Shown in pieces: positions 63,053 to 64,000 of a stretch of DNA of 64,000 nt. The notes beneath the pieces were generated by a model. It saw nothing but the letters and a program-made list of their open reading frames with translations, was not told the DNA's origin and did no database searches. Positions within the stretch are counted from its first letter, which is position 1. The number at the start of each line of letters is the position of its first letter. The stretch is from Desulfobacteraceae bacterium. Lineage in GTDB: Bacteria > Desulfobacterota > Desulfobacteria > Desulfobacterales > JAABSP01. The translations under genes were made by a program, and so were the position numbers. The DNA lies in assembly GCA_011390135.1 (NCBI GenBank), contig JAABSZ010000003.1, forward strand, positions 470 to 64,469, given 5' to 3'.

Positions 63053-63156
63053 CTATACCCTATCTGCCCGGATTGGACAATAGGCAATCCCGGCCATCTG
63101 CCGATTCATGGGTTTTTCCAATGTTGCACCAAAGGCTGCATTGGACCTGAGGCCAT

Positions 63157-64000
63157 CTATATCAAGCTGTTGACTTCAAAGGGAGAGAGGCACCTGATGC
63201 CGCCTGCTCCGCGCCGATTGCTCTCCAGGTTGACAAGGTATCGCGGCCCGCAGTCCGGATATAAGTTTTTGAACTGCTCAAGCCCCTTGAAATCCGAAGG
63301 CTTCAACCGTTTTTTCAATTTGATTTCAACCGGCCTTATCTCGCCCCCCTGATCCAACACCAGATCCACTTCCTGCCTGTTTTTGGTGCGCCAGAATTTG
63401 ATCCCATCGATGGATGCCCCGGCTTTGATCAGTTCGGAAACCACAAAGCCTTCAAACAGAAAAGGGGCATCTTTTCGAATGTTCAATGGATTGAAATTGT
63501 TGATGAAATAGTTCCGGACCCCATTGTCCAGGAAGTATATTTTGGGCATTTTCACCAGTTCTTTGTTCCGATTGGTAAACCAGGGGGGATGAACTGTGAT
63601 GATAAATGTTTCTTTGAGGATTTCGGTATAATTTCGTGCGGTTTTTTGATCGATCCCGGCCACTTGGGCCAACTCGCTGTATCGGGTCTCCTGACCGTGG
63701 TTTATGGCCAGATGGCGGATCAGGGTCTTGGCATGTTGAATCCGATTGATGTTCAGGAAATCGACCAGATCTTTTTTGACATACAGATCGAAAATGGAAG
63801 CCAATACCTCTTTTTTTTCACGCTCCGGCACCAGAGAGACCTCCGGGTATCCGCCGAACACCAGGAATCGATCCAACTCCTGAAAAGCATCGGGCATGAG
63901 CCCCGGCAGGTTCTCCGAGGTCACACCGGAGAGGTTTTCAAGCTGCTGAACCAGATCGTCTCTACCGATAAAATGAAGATGTTCTCTAAAACTCAAGGGG
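63157..64000 (-). CDS. DUF4143-containing AAA+ ATPase paralogue; partial, 5' end beyond window
   Basis: C-terminal two-thirds is collinear with the 5868..7061 protein (MPKIYFLDNG..., EVDLVLD...RPVEIKLKK). The frame is still open at the window edge. Confidence 0.8.
   Translation of the reverse strand, partial: PLSFREHLHFIGRDDLVQQLENLSGVTSENLPGLMPDAFQELDRFLVFGGYPEVSLVPEREKKEVLASIFDLYVKKDLVDFLNINRIQHAKTLIRHLAINHGQETRYSELAQVAGIDQKTARNYTEILKETFIITVHPPWFTNRNKELVKMPKIYFLDNGVRNYFINNFNPLNIRKDAPFLFEGFVVSELIKAGASIDGIKFWRTKNRQEVDLVLDQGGEIRPVEIKLKKRLKPSDFKGLEQFKNLYPDCGPRYLVNLESNRRGAGGIRCLSPFEVNSLI

Noticed and set aside
61424-63352. 642-aa plus-strand ORF
   Set aside because: It is antisense to recJ, which has the DHH/DHHA1 motifs. 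The product is rich in P, G, R and H, with no recognisable motif.

Overview
GC-rich bacterial chromosomal segment with about 60 credible protein genes and 2 tRNAs (Phe-GAA, Arg-TCT). It is interrupted at ~29.75-38.03 kb by a visibly AT-rich ~8.3 kb accessory island; I judged GC by eye and did not compute it.

Core genes: recX, a thiolase, a Ni/Co ECF transporter cluster (DUF4198-cbiM-x-cbiQ-cbiO), rsmE, a DEAD-box helicase, a CspA-family gene, rpoH, mutS, an AmiC-like amidase, plsB-like and recJ. The gene content (radical SAM and Fe-S proteins, YeeE/rhodanese sulfur genes, probable selenocysteine use) suggests an anaerobic Desulfobacterota-like organism. That is inference only.

The island carries:
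- a complete type III R-M system (mod-res);
- a DUF4258/YgiT pair and an intact VapBC pair;
- several decayed toxin-antitoxin genes;
- a frameshifted tyrosine-recombinase remnant;
- an adjacent ~350-nt highly structured non-coding segment.

Most notable observations:
1. A DUF1573-like secreted protein has a single in-frame TGA exactly where the first Cys of the CGCT motif is expected, making it a candidate selenoprotein.
2. A full-length photoactive yellow protein gene is followed by a p-coumaroyl-CoA-ligase-like gene.
3. The GNRA-loop-rich RNA-like element lies on the minus strand in the island.
4. One operon couples an ankyrin/SH3 lipoprotein, a secreted protein, a radical SAM enzyme and an HK97-type prohead-protease homologue.
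5. There is an MshEN-HAMP-adenylate cyclase fusion.
6. A 9-bp periodic GTCCTTTNN motif occurs at three loci, and there is a 40-bp tandem array.

I found no CRISPR array, rRNA gene or intact transposase. No unprecedented multi-gene system can be proven from the sequence alone; the candidates are ranked in the findings.
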